Positions 27,539 through 36,275 of a stretch of 64,000 nt of DNA are shown here, one piece after another. The translations under genes and the position numbers were made by a program. A model generated the notes under the pieces. It made no database searches. It saw only the letters and a list, made by a program, of their open reading frames with translations, and had not been told where the DNA came from. The stretch is from Candidatus Bathyarchaeia archaeon. GTDB lineage: Archaea; Thermoproteota; Bathyarchaeia; Bathyarchaeales; Bathycorpusculaceae. How positions within the stretch are numbered: position 1 is the first letter of the stretch; the number at the start of each line of letters is the position of its first letter. The stretch lies in contig JAVZLS010000004.1 of the NCBI GenBank assembly GCA_038883715.1, positions 1-64,000 on the forward strand. Reading direction: 5' to 3'.

Positions 27539-28153
27539 CTATTTCAGAACCTCTTCCAATCGCCTATTAACCTCGTCCCAATTGACAATTTTCCAAAACG
27601 CCTCAACGAATTTGCCTCTGTCGTTCTTATAATCTATGTAGTAGGCGTGCTCGAAAACATCGAGAACCATGAGGATTCGAAACATTGGATAAACATTCAC
27701 GTTGTGCTTCTCCACTTGCATTAGCATTGGGCGACCAGTCTGCCTACAAATGGTTAAAGCTGCCCAACCAGAACCTTCAACGCTTATGGCTGTTTGGGAA
27801 AATTCCTTCTGAAAACGTTCAAAGCTTCCAAATTCTTCAGCGATTTTGTCGGCTAAAGTTCCGCCTGGTTTCCCGCCGCCCATGCTTGGCGGTGCCAAGT
27901 TGCCCCAGAAAAGCGAGTGCAAAAGGTGTCCGGCAACGTTCCATGAAAGCTCCTTGAGTGTAGCCTTAACATCTATGTCTATGTTTTCTTTGTGTGCCTT
28001 GTCCAATCGTTGGAGTATGGCGTTAGCCCCGTTGACATAGGCTTGATGGTGCTTGCTGTGGTGAATTCTCAACTGTTCTTCAGACATGTAGGGCTTCAAA
28101 TCCCCATAACCGTAAGGCAGCTGTGGCAAAACATATAGTTTGGTTTGCTCCAT
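27539..28153 (-). CDS. sod: Fe/Mn superoxide dismutase
   Basis: [40 protein letters not shown]. Confidence 0.96.
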   Translation of the reverse strand: MEQTKLYVLPQLPYGYGDLKPYMSEEQLRIHHSKHHQAYVNGANAILQRLDKAHKENIDIDVKATLKELSWNVAGHLLHSLFWGNLAPPSMGGGKPGGTLADKIAEEFGSFERFQKEFSQTAISVEGSGWAALTICRQTGRPMLMQVEKHNVNVYPMFRILMVLDVFEHAYYIDYKNDRGKFVEAFWKIVNWDEVNRRLEEVLK

Positions 28154-28172
28154 AAAACATGCACCTCTATTT

Positions 28173-28334
28173 CTAACTTTTCTTTACAAATTGATCCTTT
28201 GGGGCGCCGCAAACCGGGCAAACCCAGTTTTCAGGTAAAGCCTCAAAGGGTGTTCCGGGTTTTACGCCATGCTCTGGGTCTCCAACCTCGGGGTCGTATA
28301 CGTATCCACAGATTATGCACTCCCACTTTTCCAA
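28173..28334 (-). CDS. rub: Rubredoxin; not in the ORF track (53 aa)
   Basis: Hand translation from TTG: [53 protein letters not shown]. Confidence 0.96.
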   Translation of the reverse strand: MEKWECIICGYVYDPEVGDPEHGVKPGTPFEALPENWVCPVCGAPKDQFVKKS

Positions 28335-28349
28335 AGCCTTCAACTCCAG

Positions 28350-28766
28350 CTATTTTTCTGTCTTAATGTTGTAGCTTACTTTGACTCCAGCTCTTTCGAA
28401 GAGCTTCCCAACTGGGCAGTTTTCCACCGTTAGCTTAAAAATTCTCTGGACTGTGTCTTCTGGGGCGTCTGTTTTGACGAATATGTTGAAGGCTGCTTCT
28501 GTTACAGTTCCAGCCTCTTCGGATTTTATAGCTTCAAGTTTAACCTCTAAGTCTTTGAGTTGGACCCTCGTTTTCTTGGCCATTAAAGCGAAGATTGTGG
28601 CGAAGCATCCGGCATAGCTCATAACGCCCAGCTCGAGGGCTGTTGGTCCCATGTCTGTTCCAAGTTCTGGCGGAAGGTCGAGGCATACGCTGTGGGCTCT
28701 TCCATCGTCAACGGCTATTCGCAAGTCCTTTACAAGCTTGGCCGTGGAACGAAGCTTTTGAACCAA
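28350..28766 (-). CDS. OsmC/Ohr family protein
   Basis: DLPPELGTDMGPTALEL, YAGCF and ENCPVG (two conserved Cys). Confidence 0.88.
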   Translation of the reverse strand: MVQKLRSTAKLVKDLRIAVDDGRAHSVCLDLPPELGTDMGPTALELGVMSYAGCFATIFALMAKKTRVQLKDLEVKLEAIKSEEAGTVTEAAFNIFVKTDAPEDTVQRIFKLTVENCPVGKLFERAGVKVSYNIKTEK

Positions 28767-28798
28767 ACCATTTCACCTCGCATAAAGATAAAAAGGTT

Positions 28799-29449
28799 TT
28801 ATGGGAGCTTTTTCTTGCAGAGGAACCAGTCAACGCATTCGTAGCCCTCTTGCAAGCGTTTTTCGGCTTCTTCTTGTGTTGTGGGCGGTGGCACTATGAC
28901 CGGGTCGCCGGGCCTCCAGTTTGCTGGCAAAGCCACTTTATGTTTGTCGGCTGTTTGCAATGCGTCAATTAGCCTCAAAATTTCGTCCATGTTTCTTCCA
29001 ACGTTCAGCGGATAGTATATCATTGCCCTCAACTTCATTTCTGGGTCTATTACGAAGACGCAGCGTACGGCTGCTGTTGTGCTTTGCTTGGGGTGTATCA
29101 TGCCAAATAGGTTCGCAACTTTCATGTCCAAGTCGGCGATAACAGGGAACGGTATAGCTACTCCGAGTTTCTCCTTTATTGTTCTAACCCATGCTATGTG
29201 GGAGTAGACGCTGTCGATACTTAATCCTATAAGCTGAACGTTGCGCTTCGCAAGTTCTGGATATATCTGGGCGAAGGCAACAAATTCTGTTGTGCAGACA
29301 GGCGTAAAATCTGCTGGATGCGAAAATAGAATGACCCATTTCCCTTTAAAGTCTGAAAGTCTTATCTTGCCGTGGGTTGTCACCGCCTCAAAATCTGGGA
29401 CTACTTCGCCGAGACTCAAGAGCGGCCTTTTCTCTTCAATTTTTTCCAT
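28799..29449 (-). CDS. Peroxiredoxin (Prx6/archaeal type)
   Basis: [29 protein letters not shown]-terminal CVDWFLC. Confidence 0.95.
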   Translation of the reverse strand: MEKIEEKRPLLSLGEVVPDFEAVTTHGKIRLSDFKGKWVILFSHPADFTPVCTTEFVAFAQIYPELAKRNVQLIGLSIDSVYSHIAWVRTIKEKLGVAIPFPVIADLDMKVANLFGMIHPKQSTTAAVRCVFVIDPEMKLRAMIYYPLNVGRNMDEILRLIDALQTADKHKVALPANWRPGDPVIVPPPTTQEEAEKRLQEGYECVDWFLCKKKLP

Positions 29450-29499
29450 TTTATTTCATTCCTCCTTCGATTTTTAACCGTAATCCTTTTATCTTTCAA

Positions 29500-29556
29500 G
29501 TCTTATATGCTTTTCGTACAAAATTCGGCGAAAATCGTATAAAATGGTGCGAAAAT
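29500..29556. promoter_or_regulatory. Divergent prx/lrp promoter with helically phased repeats (candidate Lrp operator)
   Basis: CTTATATG at 29502 followed by TTCGTACAAAA / TTCGGCGAAAA / ATCGTATAAAA / TGGTGCGAAAA; AAAAT at 29520, 29531, 29541, 29552. Confidence 0.5.
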
Positions 29557-30001
29557 GGTAAAAAAGATTGCGGAAATAGACGAACTTGACCTCAGAATCC
29601 TAAAACTCTTAGAAGAGGATGGGCGCCTAACCTTCATGGAAATAGCCAAAAAACTAAGGCTAAGCGAATCAACAATAAGGAAAAGGGTTCAAGCCCTAAA
29701 AGAAAACGGCGTAATAAAAAGGTTCACGGTGGAAATAGACCCGGCCAAAATAGGTCTGAACACTGTGGCGATAGTTGGCATAGACGTGGAGCCGCCTAAA
29801 CTTTTGGAGGTAGCCCAAAAACTTTGCGAGTTTAAGGAAATTCGCTGTGTGGCTACATCCACTGGAGACCATATGATAATGACTGAAATATGGACAAAGG
29901 ATGGCCGTGAACTGACAAGACTTATATCAGAAAAAATTGGGCCTATCGAAGGCGTCAAGAAGATTTGTCCAGCAATAATTTTGGAGAAACTAAAAGGCTG
30001 A
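29555..30001 (+). CDS. Lrp/AsnC family regulator (LrpA-like)
   Basis: [34 protein letters not shown]; [12 protein letters not shown]; [10 protein letters not shown]. Confidence 0.92.
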   Translation: MVKKIAEIDELDLRILKLLEEDGRLTFMEIAKKLRLSESTIRKRVQALKENGVIKRFTVEIDPAKIGLNTVAIVGIDVEPPKLLEVAQKLCEFKEIRCVATSTGDHMIMTEIWTKDGRELTRLISEKIGPIEGVKKICPAIILEKLKG

Positions 30002-30022
30002 AACTTTCGGAGGAATAGGGTC

Positions 30023-32158
30023 TTGAGCACCCCTAGTCATCACCATCACGCTCACCACGTTGAGGAGTTTAAACAGCGATTTTGGGTTTCGTTAGCACTA
30101 ACAGTGCCAATTCTGCTCCTCTCAGAAATGATTCAGATGTGGCTCAGTCTAGAATGGATAAAAATTCCCTACCAGAAAGAGGTGCTTTCCCTCTTATCCA
30201 TAATCGTTTATCTTTATGGCGGGTGGCCCTTCCTAAAAGGCTTGTACCAAGAGGTTAAGGCTAGACAGCCAGGCATGATGACGCTCATTGGCATGGCGGT
30301 GTCTGTGGCCATGTTCTATTCGCTTGGAACAGTCTACTTTTCCATAAGCGGCAAAGACTTCTTCTGGGAACTCGCAACCCTAATCGATGTTATGCTTTTG
30401 GGACACTGGATTGAGGCAAAAAGCGTCATGGGAGCCTCTATGGCTTTGGAGGAGCTTGTTCGCATAATGCCAACAACAGCCCACCTAATAAAAAACGGCG
30501 AAATCATAGACACGCCAGTCTCACAGTTAAACAAGGGCGACGTTGTTCTTGTAAGGCCCGGCGAAAAAATCCCGTCTGACGGCGTTGTGGTTGAAGGCGA
30601 GTCATATGTTAACGAGGCTTTATTGACTGGCGAATCAAAGCCCATAAACAAGAAAGTTGGCGAAAAGGTTGTTGGAGGCTCAATAAATGGAGAAGGCGTC
30701 CTAAAAGTGCGGATAGAACGTATAGGTGAAGAGACTTATTTAGCGCAGGTTATTAAGCTGGTTAGACAAGCCCAGGAGAGCCGTTCGCGGACGCAGGATT
30801 TGGCGAACAGAGCCGCTGCTCTTCTCTTCTATGTAGCATTAAGCGTAGGCGTAATAACCTTCACAGTGTGGTCTTTTATGGCCAGTTTGGACTTTGCCCT
30901 TGAAAGAGCCGTCACAGTTCTCGTTATCGCTTGCCCCCACGCCTTGGGGTTGGCCATACCATTGGTTGTGGCTCTTTCCACGTCCATAACGGCGAAAAGT
31001 GGAATCCTTATAAGGGATAGGCGAGCCTTCGAAATGGTTAAGGATGTTAACGCCGTTGTTTTTGATAAAACAGGCACTTTGACCGTTGGAAAATTTGGCG
31101 TCAGTGATGTCGTCGCCTTCATGCCAGAGGAAGAGCTTTTGAGGCTAACGGCTAGTGTTGAGTTGAACTCGGAACATGTGATAGCAAAAGCCATAGTGGA
31201 GTACGCCGAAAGCAAAGGCGTCAAAATCCCGCAAACCAGGGACTTTAAAGCGTTGCCGGGAAAAGGCGCCTATGGAAAAGTTGGAAGAAGGGAAGTTTAT
31301 GTGGGCAGCGTAAACCTATTAGACGAGTTAAAAATAATCGTTGAAGACCCGAGAATAAAGGAGCTGCAAGAGCAAGGCAAGACAGTTGTTTTCACGGTTG
31401 TGGACGGAAAACTTGCTGGTGCATTCGCGCTGGCGGACAGCATACGGGAGGAGTCCCGCGAGGCTGTCAGAAAGTTGAAGGAAAACGGTGTCAAGGTTTA
31501 CATGCTTACTGGAGATTCTGAAGAAGTTGCCAGTTGGGTTGCAAGAGAACTTGGCATAGACAGCTATTTTGCACGGGTTCTGCCAGACAGGAAAGCTGAA
31601 AAAATTAGACGGCTCAAAGAGGAGGGCTACCGGGTTGCCATGGTTGGCGACGGTGTGAACGACGCCCCAGCACTTGTAACGGCGGATGTTGGCATAGCCA
31701 TAGGCGCCGGAACAGACGTAGCCATAGAAAGCGCGGACATAATCCTAGTCAAGAACGACCCGAGAGACGTAGTGAAAGTAATAGACATCTCACGCAAAAC
31801 ATATTCGAAGATGACTCAAAACCTATGGTGGGCCGCTGGCTACAACATAATAACAATTCCATTGGCAGCTGGAATCCTATCAGGGTTTGGTGTTACGCTT
31901 CCAGCGGCGGTTGGTGCAATAATAATGTCCCTCAGCACAGTTATAGTCGCATTGAACAGTCAAACTTTAAGGAAGTATGAACCTGGGGAGGTGAAAATAT
32001 TGGCGAAGAAAACTCTCGTAACAGACCCGGTTTGTGGGATGAAGATAGACCCAGACACAGCGTTCAGCAAAATTGAGCATGAAGGCCGCGTCATCTATTT
32101 CTGTTCAAAAATGTGCGAAGAAGAGTTTAAGAAAAACCCAAAAAAGTACATGAAATAA
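30023..32158 (+). CDS. copB: Copper-translocating P1B-type ATPase (CopB type) with C-terminal YHS/TRASH domain
   Basis: His-rich N-terminus, TGES, CPHALGLA, DKTGTLT, SEH, GDGVND, GYN, MSLST; C-terminal DPVCGM...YFCS..C. Confidence 0.92.
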   Translation: MSTPSHHHHAHHVEEFKQRFWVSLALTVPILLLSEMIQMWLSLEWIKIPYQKEVLSLLSIIVYLYGGWPFLKGLYQEVKARQPGMMTLIGMAVSVAMFYSLGTVYFSISGKDFFWELATLIDVMLLGHWIEAKSVMGASMALEELVRIMPTTAHLIKNGEIIDTPVSQLNKGDVVLVRPGEKIPSDGVVVEGESYVNEALLTGESKPINKKVGEKVVGGSINGEGVLKVRIERIGEETYLAQVIKLVRQAQESRSRTQDLANRAAALLFYVALSVGVITFTVWSFMASLDFALERAVTVLVIACPHALGLAIPLVVALSTSITAKSGILIRDRRAFEMVKDVNAVVFDKTGTLTVGKFGVSDVVAFMPEEELLRLTASVELNSEHVIAKAIVEYAESKGVKIPQTRDFKALPGKGAYGKVGRREVYVGSVNLLDELKIIVEDPRIKELQEQGKTVVFTVVDGKLAGAFALADSIREESREAVRKLKENGVKVYMLTGDSEEVASWVARELGIDSYFARVLPDRKAEKIRRLKEEGYRVAMVGDGVNDAPALVTADVGIAIGAGTDVAIESADIILVKNDPRDVVKVIDISRKTYSKMTQNLWWAAGYNIITIPLAAGILSGFGVTLPAAVGAIIMSLSTVIVALNSQTLRKYEPGEVKILAKKTLVTDPVCGMKIDPDTAFSKIEHEGRVIYFCSKMCEEEFKKNPKKYMK

Positions 32159-32228
32159 GCAGCGAAGAGGATAAAGCTTTAACCAGAGATGCTTCTACGT
32201 TTCTGAATGTTAGAATGCTGGTGGGCTA

Positions 32229-33263
32229 TTGGGTAGACTTGCCGAGTTAAAGCTTGCAATGGGTACGTCCATATTCCTAGTAGCCTTCATATTCGCGCTC
32301 TTTTTGTCAGCGATTATGCTAATCTTCCAGTTCAGCCTCATCTATGCCATAATAGGCACAGCGCTATTCATACTCATTCAATATTTAATTGGACCAGCGG
32401 TGGTGGCAAGCTCAACAAGGCTTCGCTATCTGGAAAAGGGAGAAAACCCGTGGCTTGAAGAAACCGTGAAAGAGTTGGCCGACAAATCTGGGCTCCCGAT
32501 GCCAAAGCTAGCCATAGTGCCAGATGAAACGCCAAACGCCTTTGTCTTCGGAAGAACAGCCAAAGACGCCACCCTAGCAGTGCATGAAGGACTCCTCAAG
32601 AAGCTTAACAAAGATGAGGTTAGGGGCGTGATAGGCCACGAGTTAGGCCACATAAAACACAAAGACTTCATCGTCATGACCGTGCTTTCAGCCCTGCCAC
32701 TCCTCGCCTACTTGATTGCAAGGGCAACATGGGAGGCTGGAAGGTGGGCCCCAGCATCAAAGAAGAAGGAAGAGGGAAGCATAAAGGCAGCCTTCTTCGC
32801 AGTGGCAATAATCTCCTACATAGTCTACATCATTTCGCTCTTGTGCGTCATGGGCTTAAGCCGGCTGCGGGAGCATTATGCTGACGCCTACTCCGCCTAC
32901 TTGACCGGGTCGCCTAGAAGCCTCCAAAGTGCCTTAGCAAAAATTACTTATGGTTTGTCGCTTTCGCCTAAACCGCCATCCGGCGCCCGAACCTTCTACA
33001 TTGGTGATCCGGCGATGGCTAAGATGGAAATATCCTCTATAATGGAGAAGAAGGCTGAATACGACTTGGACAAGGACGGTGTTTTGGACGAGCGCGAGCT
33101 GGAGTTAGCCATGGAGAAGGAGGCAAAATCCACTTGGGCGAAAATCAACACGTGGTTCTCAACCCACCCGCCAACCTTCAAGCGGATACTGCTTTTGCGC
33201 GAAATTGAGATGGAGATGGAAAGCGGAAGATTCACCAGCGAACGCATATATGCAAAAATCTAG
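32229..33263 (+). CDS. htpX: HtpX/M48 membrane zinc metalloprotease
   Basis: PNAFVFG, HELGH (HExxH), SRLREHYAD, STHPP. Confidence 0.9.
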   Translation: MGRLAELKLAMGTSIFLVAFIFALFLSAIMLIFQFSLIYAIIGTALFILIQYLIGPAVVASSTRLRYLEKGENPWLEETVKELADKSGLPMPKLAIVPDETPNAFVFGRTAKDATLAVHEGLLKKLNKDEVRGVIGHELGHIKHKDFIVMTVLSALPLLAYLIARATWEAGRWAPASKKKEEGSIKAAFFAVAIISYIVYIISLLCVMGLSRLREHYADAYSAYLTGSPRSLQSALAKITYGLSLSPKPPSGARTFYIGDPAMAKMEISSIMEKKAEYDLDKDGVLDERELELAMEKEAKSTWAKINTWFSTHPPTFKRILLLREIEMEMESGRFTSERIYAKI

Positions 33264-33266
33264 TCT

Positions 33267-33926
33267 TTAGCGATTCATGCTCAAGCATTTGGTAACATGA
33301 TTGAGGAAAATGGCGGTTTCATCATTTTCTCGGCTAAACTGGAAGACTCCATCAATCCAGTTTTTAGCTAGTTCCAAGAGGCAGTCATCTAACTCTCTTG
33401 TAATGTAAACAAGCACGCAGCGGGCGGTTGGTTTCCAACGTTTTAGCATGGCAAAAGAAGCGAGGGCTGTTTTTAGTCTGGCTGAATCAAGCTCAACCTT
33501 CGCGTCAAAAACAACGAGAGGATCAATAAACTCGCATATTTTCTGCCCGATGGAGATGTCAAATTCTATGGCATAACTTTTCTCGCCGCTCTGCCAGACG
33601 AGACACTTTTCGCCCCAAAAGACTTCAAAGGGCTTCTTGATGATAATTTTTTCCTTTATAAGACGGAAAATGTACTCTTCTAAAGCGTAGGCGCGGAACT
33701 TTCCGAAAAATTGTGCAACACCGATTTCAGCCTTGTTCGCCATTATGGTTTCATTAAATTCGAGGAAGTCCTTTAGTGTTAGGGTTTTTATCCACCTCTC
33801 ATATTGGGCGTTTAAAGTTTTTCCAAGCGCCCGCTGCTCTTCTCTCCTGCTGTGGCACAGCTCGTTTATGTAGTCTATTGGTTTCTTGGCTCTAACCAAT
33901 AAGGGTCTCCAAAAGCGTTTTATCAA
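33267..33926 (-). CDS. Hypothetical protein, possible PD-(D/E)xK (restriction-endonuclease-like) fold
   Basis: ALEEY...FDISIG...VFDAKVELD pattern fits E...D...(D/E)xK. Confidence 0.55.
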   Translation of the reverse strand: MIKRFWRPLLVRAKKPIDYINELCHSRREEQRALGKTLNAQYERWIKTLTLKDFLEFNETIMANKAEIGVAQFFGKFRAYALEEYIFRLIKEKIIIKKPFEVFWGEKCLVWQSGEKSYAIEFDISIGQKICEFIDPLVVFDAKVELDSARLKTALASFAMLKRWKPTARCVLVYITRELDDCLLELAKNWIDGVFQFSRENDETAIFLNHVTKCLSMNR

Positions 33927-33973
33927 AAACCCGATTTATTACCTTCGTGGTCTAGACGCGAAAGGTGTGCTAA

Positions 33974-34672
33974 ATGAGGGTTAGGCTTCTCCGTTATACG
34001 GCGGACCCCGAGCTTCTATGCGGGGCTGCAGCATTAACATCATCAAAAAGTGGAAGCCCGTCTGAAATTTTTGATGGTATAGATTTGGAGAGGGCACGGC
34101 AGACGATTAGGCGTGTGACTGGTTATGGGCACATGTCGGTGATTGAGCATGCATCCTTCACCTTCAGCGTAGAAGAGGTTTCGAGGGCTTTAACCCATCA
34201 GCTTGTTAGACACCGCATCGCATCCTACACACAACAGAGCCAACGCTACGTAACATATGACACATTGAAAAAGTATGTGACACCGCCCACCATAGCCCAA
34301 AATTCAGAGGCAAAGAAAATATTCGACGAAACATTGGAAAGCATATCCGCCGCCTACAAGAAGCTTTTGGAGATGGGAATTCCAAAGGAGGATGCACGCT
34401 ACATTCTTCCCAACGCTGCAAAAACAAACATTGTCGTGACAATGAATGCCCGTGAGCTACGCCACTTCTTTAATTTGCGGTGCTGCGCCCGCTCCCAATG
34501 GGAACTCCGAGAAATTGCAACAGAAATGCTTCGACAAGTGAAAAGGGTGGCGCCATCACTTTTTGAGAATGCGGGACCCACCTGTGTTGAGCTTGGCTTT
34601 TGCCCGGAAGGAAAAATGAAACCGCCAGAATGCAACATTGAAGAGATTAAAAAGCGGTTTAAAAGCCTCTAA
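33974..34672 (+). CDS. thyX: FAD-dependent thymidylate synthase
   Basis: GHMSVIEH, SRALTHQLVRHRIASYTQQSQRY (RHRx7S), EDARYILP, NARELRHF, QWELR. Confidence 0.96.
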   Translation: MRVRLLRYTADPELLCGAAALTSSKSGSPSEIFDGIDLERARQTIRRVTGYGHMSVIEHASFTFSVEEVSRALTHQLVRHRIASYTQQSQRYVTYDTLKKYVTPPTIAQNSEAKKIFDETLESISAAYKKLLEMGIPKEDARYILPNAAKTNIVVTMNARELRHFFNLRCCARSQWELREIATEMLRQVKRVAPSLFENAGPTCVELGFCPEGKMKPPECNIEEIKKRFKSL

Positions 34673-34690
34673 AACCTAAAGCGGTTTAAA

Positions 34691-35545
34691 TTGCCAAAGT
34701 ATAAGGCGTACGCCATAACAACAAAGTACTGGCGACCCGGAGAAGACTACATAAGGCAGATAATCAAAAGTATTGAGGGAAAAATTTCAGACGGAGACTT
34801 TGTGGTTATATCGGAAAAAGCCATTGCAACAGCCACCGGCAATATTGTGGACGAGAGCAAGGTGCAGCCAAGCCTAAACGCAAAAATCATTGCCAGACTT
34901 TGGATGCCACTTGTTTGGGGCTATTTTCTCGGTCCGATATGCCACTTGCGGAGAAAACTCATAGAAAGGCTTCGAGACTATCCACGAGACGCTGGAAGCC
35001 GCCACAAACAGGTCGCCCTACAATATGCGGGTTTACTGCAAGCCCTAATGTTTGGCTCTGAAGGAGGCATAGATGGAACAAACCTTCCATACGCTTATGT
35101 TTGCTTACCCCTAAAAAACGCCCAAGCCATAGCCGAAAAAATACAAAGAAAAATTTTAGAAGCGCTTGGGCGGAAAGTTTGCGTCATAATTGCCGACACA
35201 GACAAAACATACTCGTTCAGAAATTTCCATTTTACGCCTAGACCAAAACCAATAAAGGGCATTCATAACCTTGGAGGCTTCATCGCCTACGTTGTTGGAC
35301 GGATGCTAAAGCTGAAGAGACGGGCAACCTCAATAGCAGTTGCTGGACGCAGTATTTCAACTGAAGAAGCGTTAACAATTGCAGAACTCGCAAACCGCGC
35401 TAGAGGTTATGGGGCTGGCAGAACCGTTTGGGACATGGCTGAAAAATTCAATGTTGACTTGGCTGAAGTAAGCTGGGAGATGCTGGAAAAAATAAAACAC
35501 AAACCCATAGTAATAGTACGCATAAATTCTTCTAAAAATCATTAG
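34691..35545 (+). CDS. CofE/F420:glutamate-ligase-family gamma-glutamyl ligase
   Basis: GDFVVISEKAIA, GGIDGTNLP, VIIADTD. Confidence 0.8.
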   Translation: MPKYKAYAITTKYWRPGEDYIRQIIKSIEGKISDGDFVVISEKAIATATGNIVDESKVQPSLNAKIIARLWMPLVWGYFLGPICHLRRKLIERLRDYPRDAGSRHKQVALQYAGLLQALMFGSEGGIDGTNLPYAYVCLPLKNAQAIAEKIQRKILEALGRKVCVIIADTDKTYSFRNFHFTPRPKPIKGIHNLGGFIAYVVGRMLKLKRRATSIAVAGRSISTEEALTIAELANRARGYGAGRTVWDMAEKFNVDLAEVSWEMLEKIKHKPIVIVRINSSKNH

Positions 35546-35585
35546 AAACGTGAGAAAACCAAAAACTATGAAACTTTCCCTTTAA

Positions 35586-35999
35586 ATGGAATTAGGTGAA
35601 TTGAATATGGATGAGAAAATTCTAGGAGTCATTAGCGTGTTTAGAACAAATTACTGTAGATGGAGGACCCTCTTTGAGGACTTGTATTTTACAACAAATA
35701 GGATGATTGTGGTGAGGATTAGTAGCGGCAGTTATTTGGTCAGTCCGGTAGGTGTTTTAGCACGATGGCCTAAAACAGCGAAAGAAGAGATTGCCGGATT
35801 TTCCATAGAAGAACTTTTAAAAGCCAACCCAAACAATTTTTCAATCTATTATTCAGAAGTTAGAAGTGTGGAATTAAAGAAACATGGGTTAGGAGCGAAA
35901 ATTCGTTTAATCACAGATGAAAAGAAATATGCAAAAATTGAGGATTATGAAAATATACTAAAATCAGTTTTTCCAAACAAACTATCAGTCTCAAAATAA
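35586..35999 (+). CDS. Hypothetical protein (AT-rich, possible PH-like fold)
   Basis: Intact 137-aa ORF with LYFTTNRMIV and FSIYYSEVRSVEL beta-strand pattern. Confidence 0.55.
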   Translation: MELGELNMDEKILGVISVFRTNYCRWRTLFEDLYFTTNRMIVVRISSGSYLVSPVGVLARWPKTAKEEIAGFSIEELLKANPNNFSIYYSEVRSVELKKHGLGAKIRLITDEKKYAKIEDYENILKSVFPNKLSVSK

Positions 36000-36275
36000 C
36001 ACTGGTAAAACATCAAATAAAAGCAATTTTGCTTCCATTCGTAGCTGTTAATGGAAAATGAATTATTTTTGAACTCTAGGGGAGAGGTGGGCTTTTGGTT
36101 GTTTTTAAGCCAAAAACTAGAGGGGTAGTGTTTTTGTGATTGTTTGCCAAGCACAAATATGTAGAGAGAAAGCCTTTGATGCTCAGCTTTTTGGCGCGGA
36201 GAAAAGGAAATAAAGAGCAAAGAATAAAACCAGCAAAAGAACAGCAGAGCTTAACCATACTAAAAATGGTGAAGG

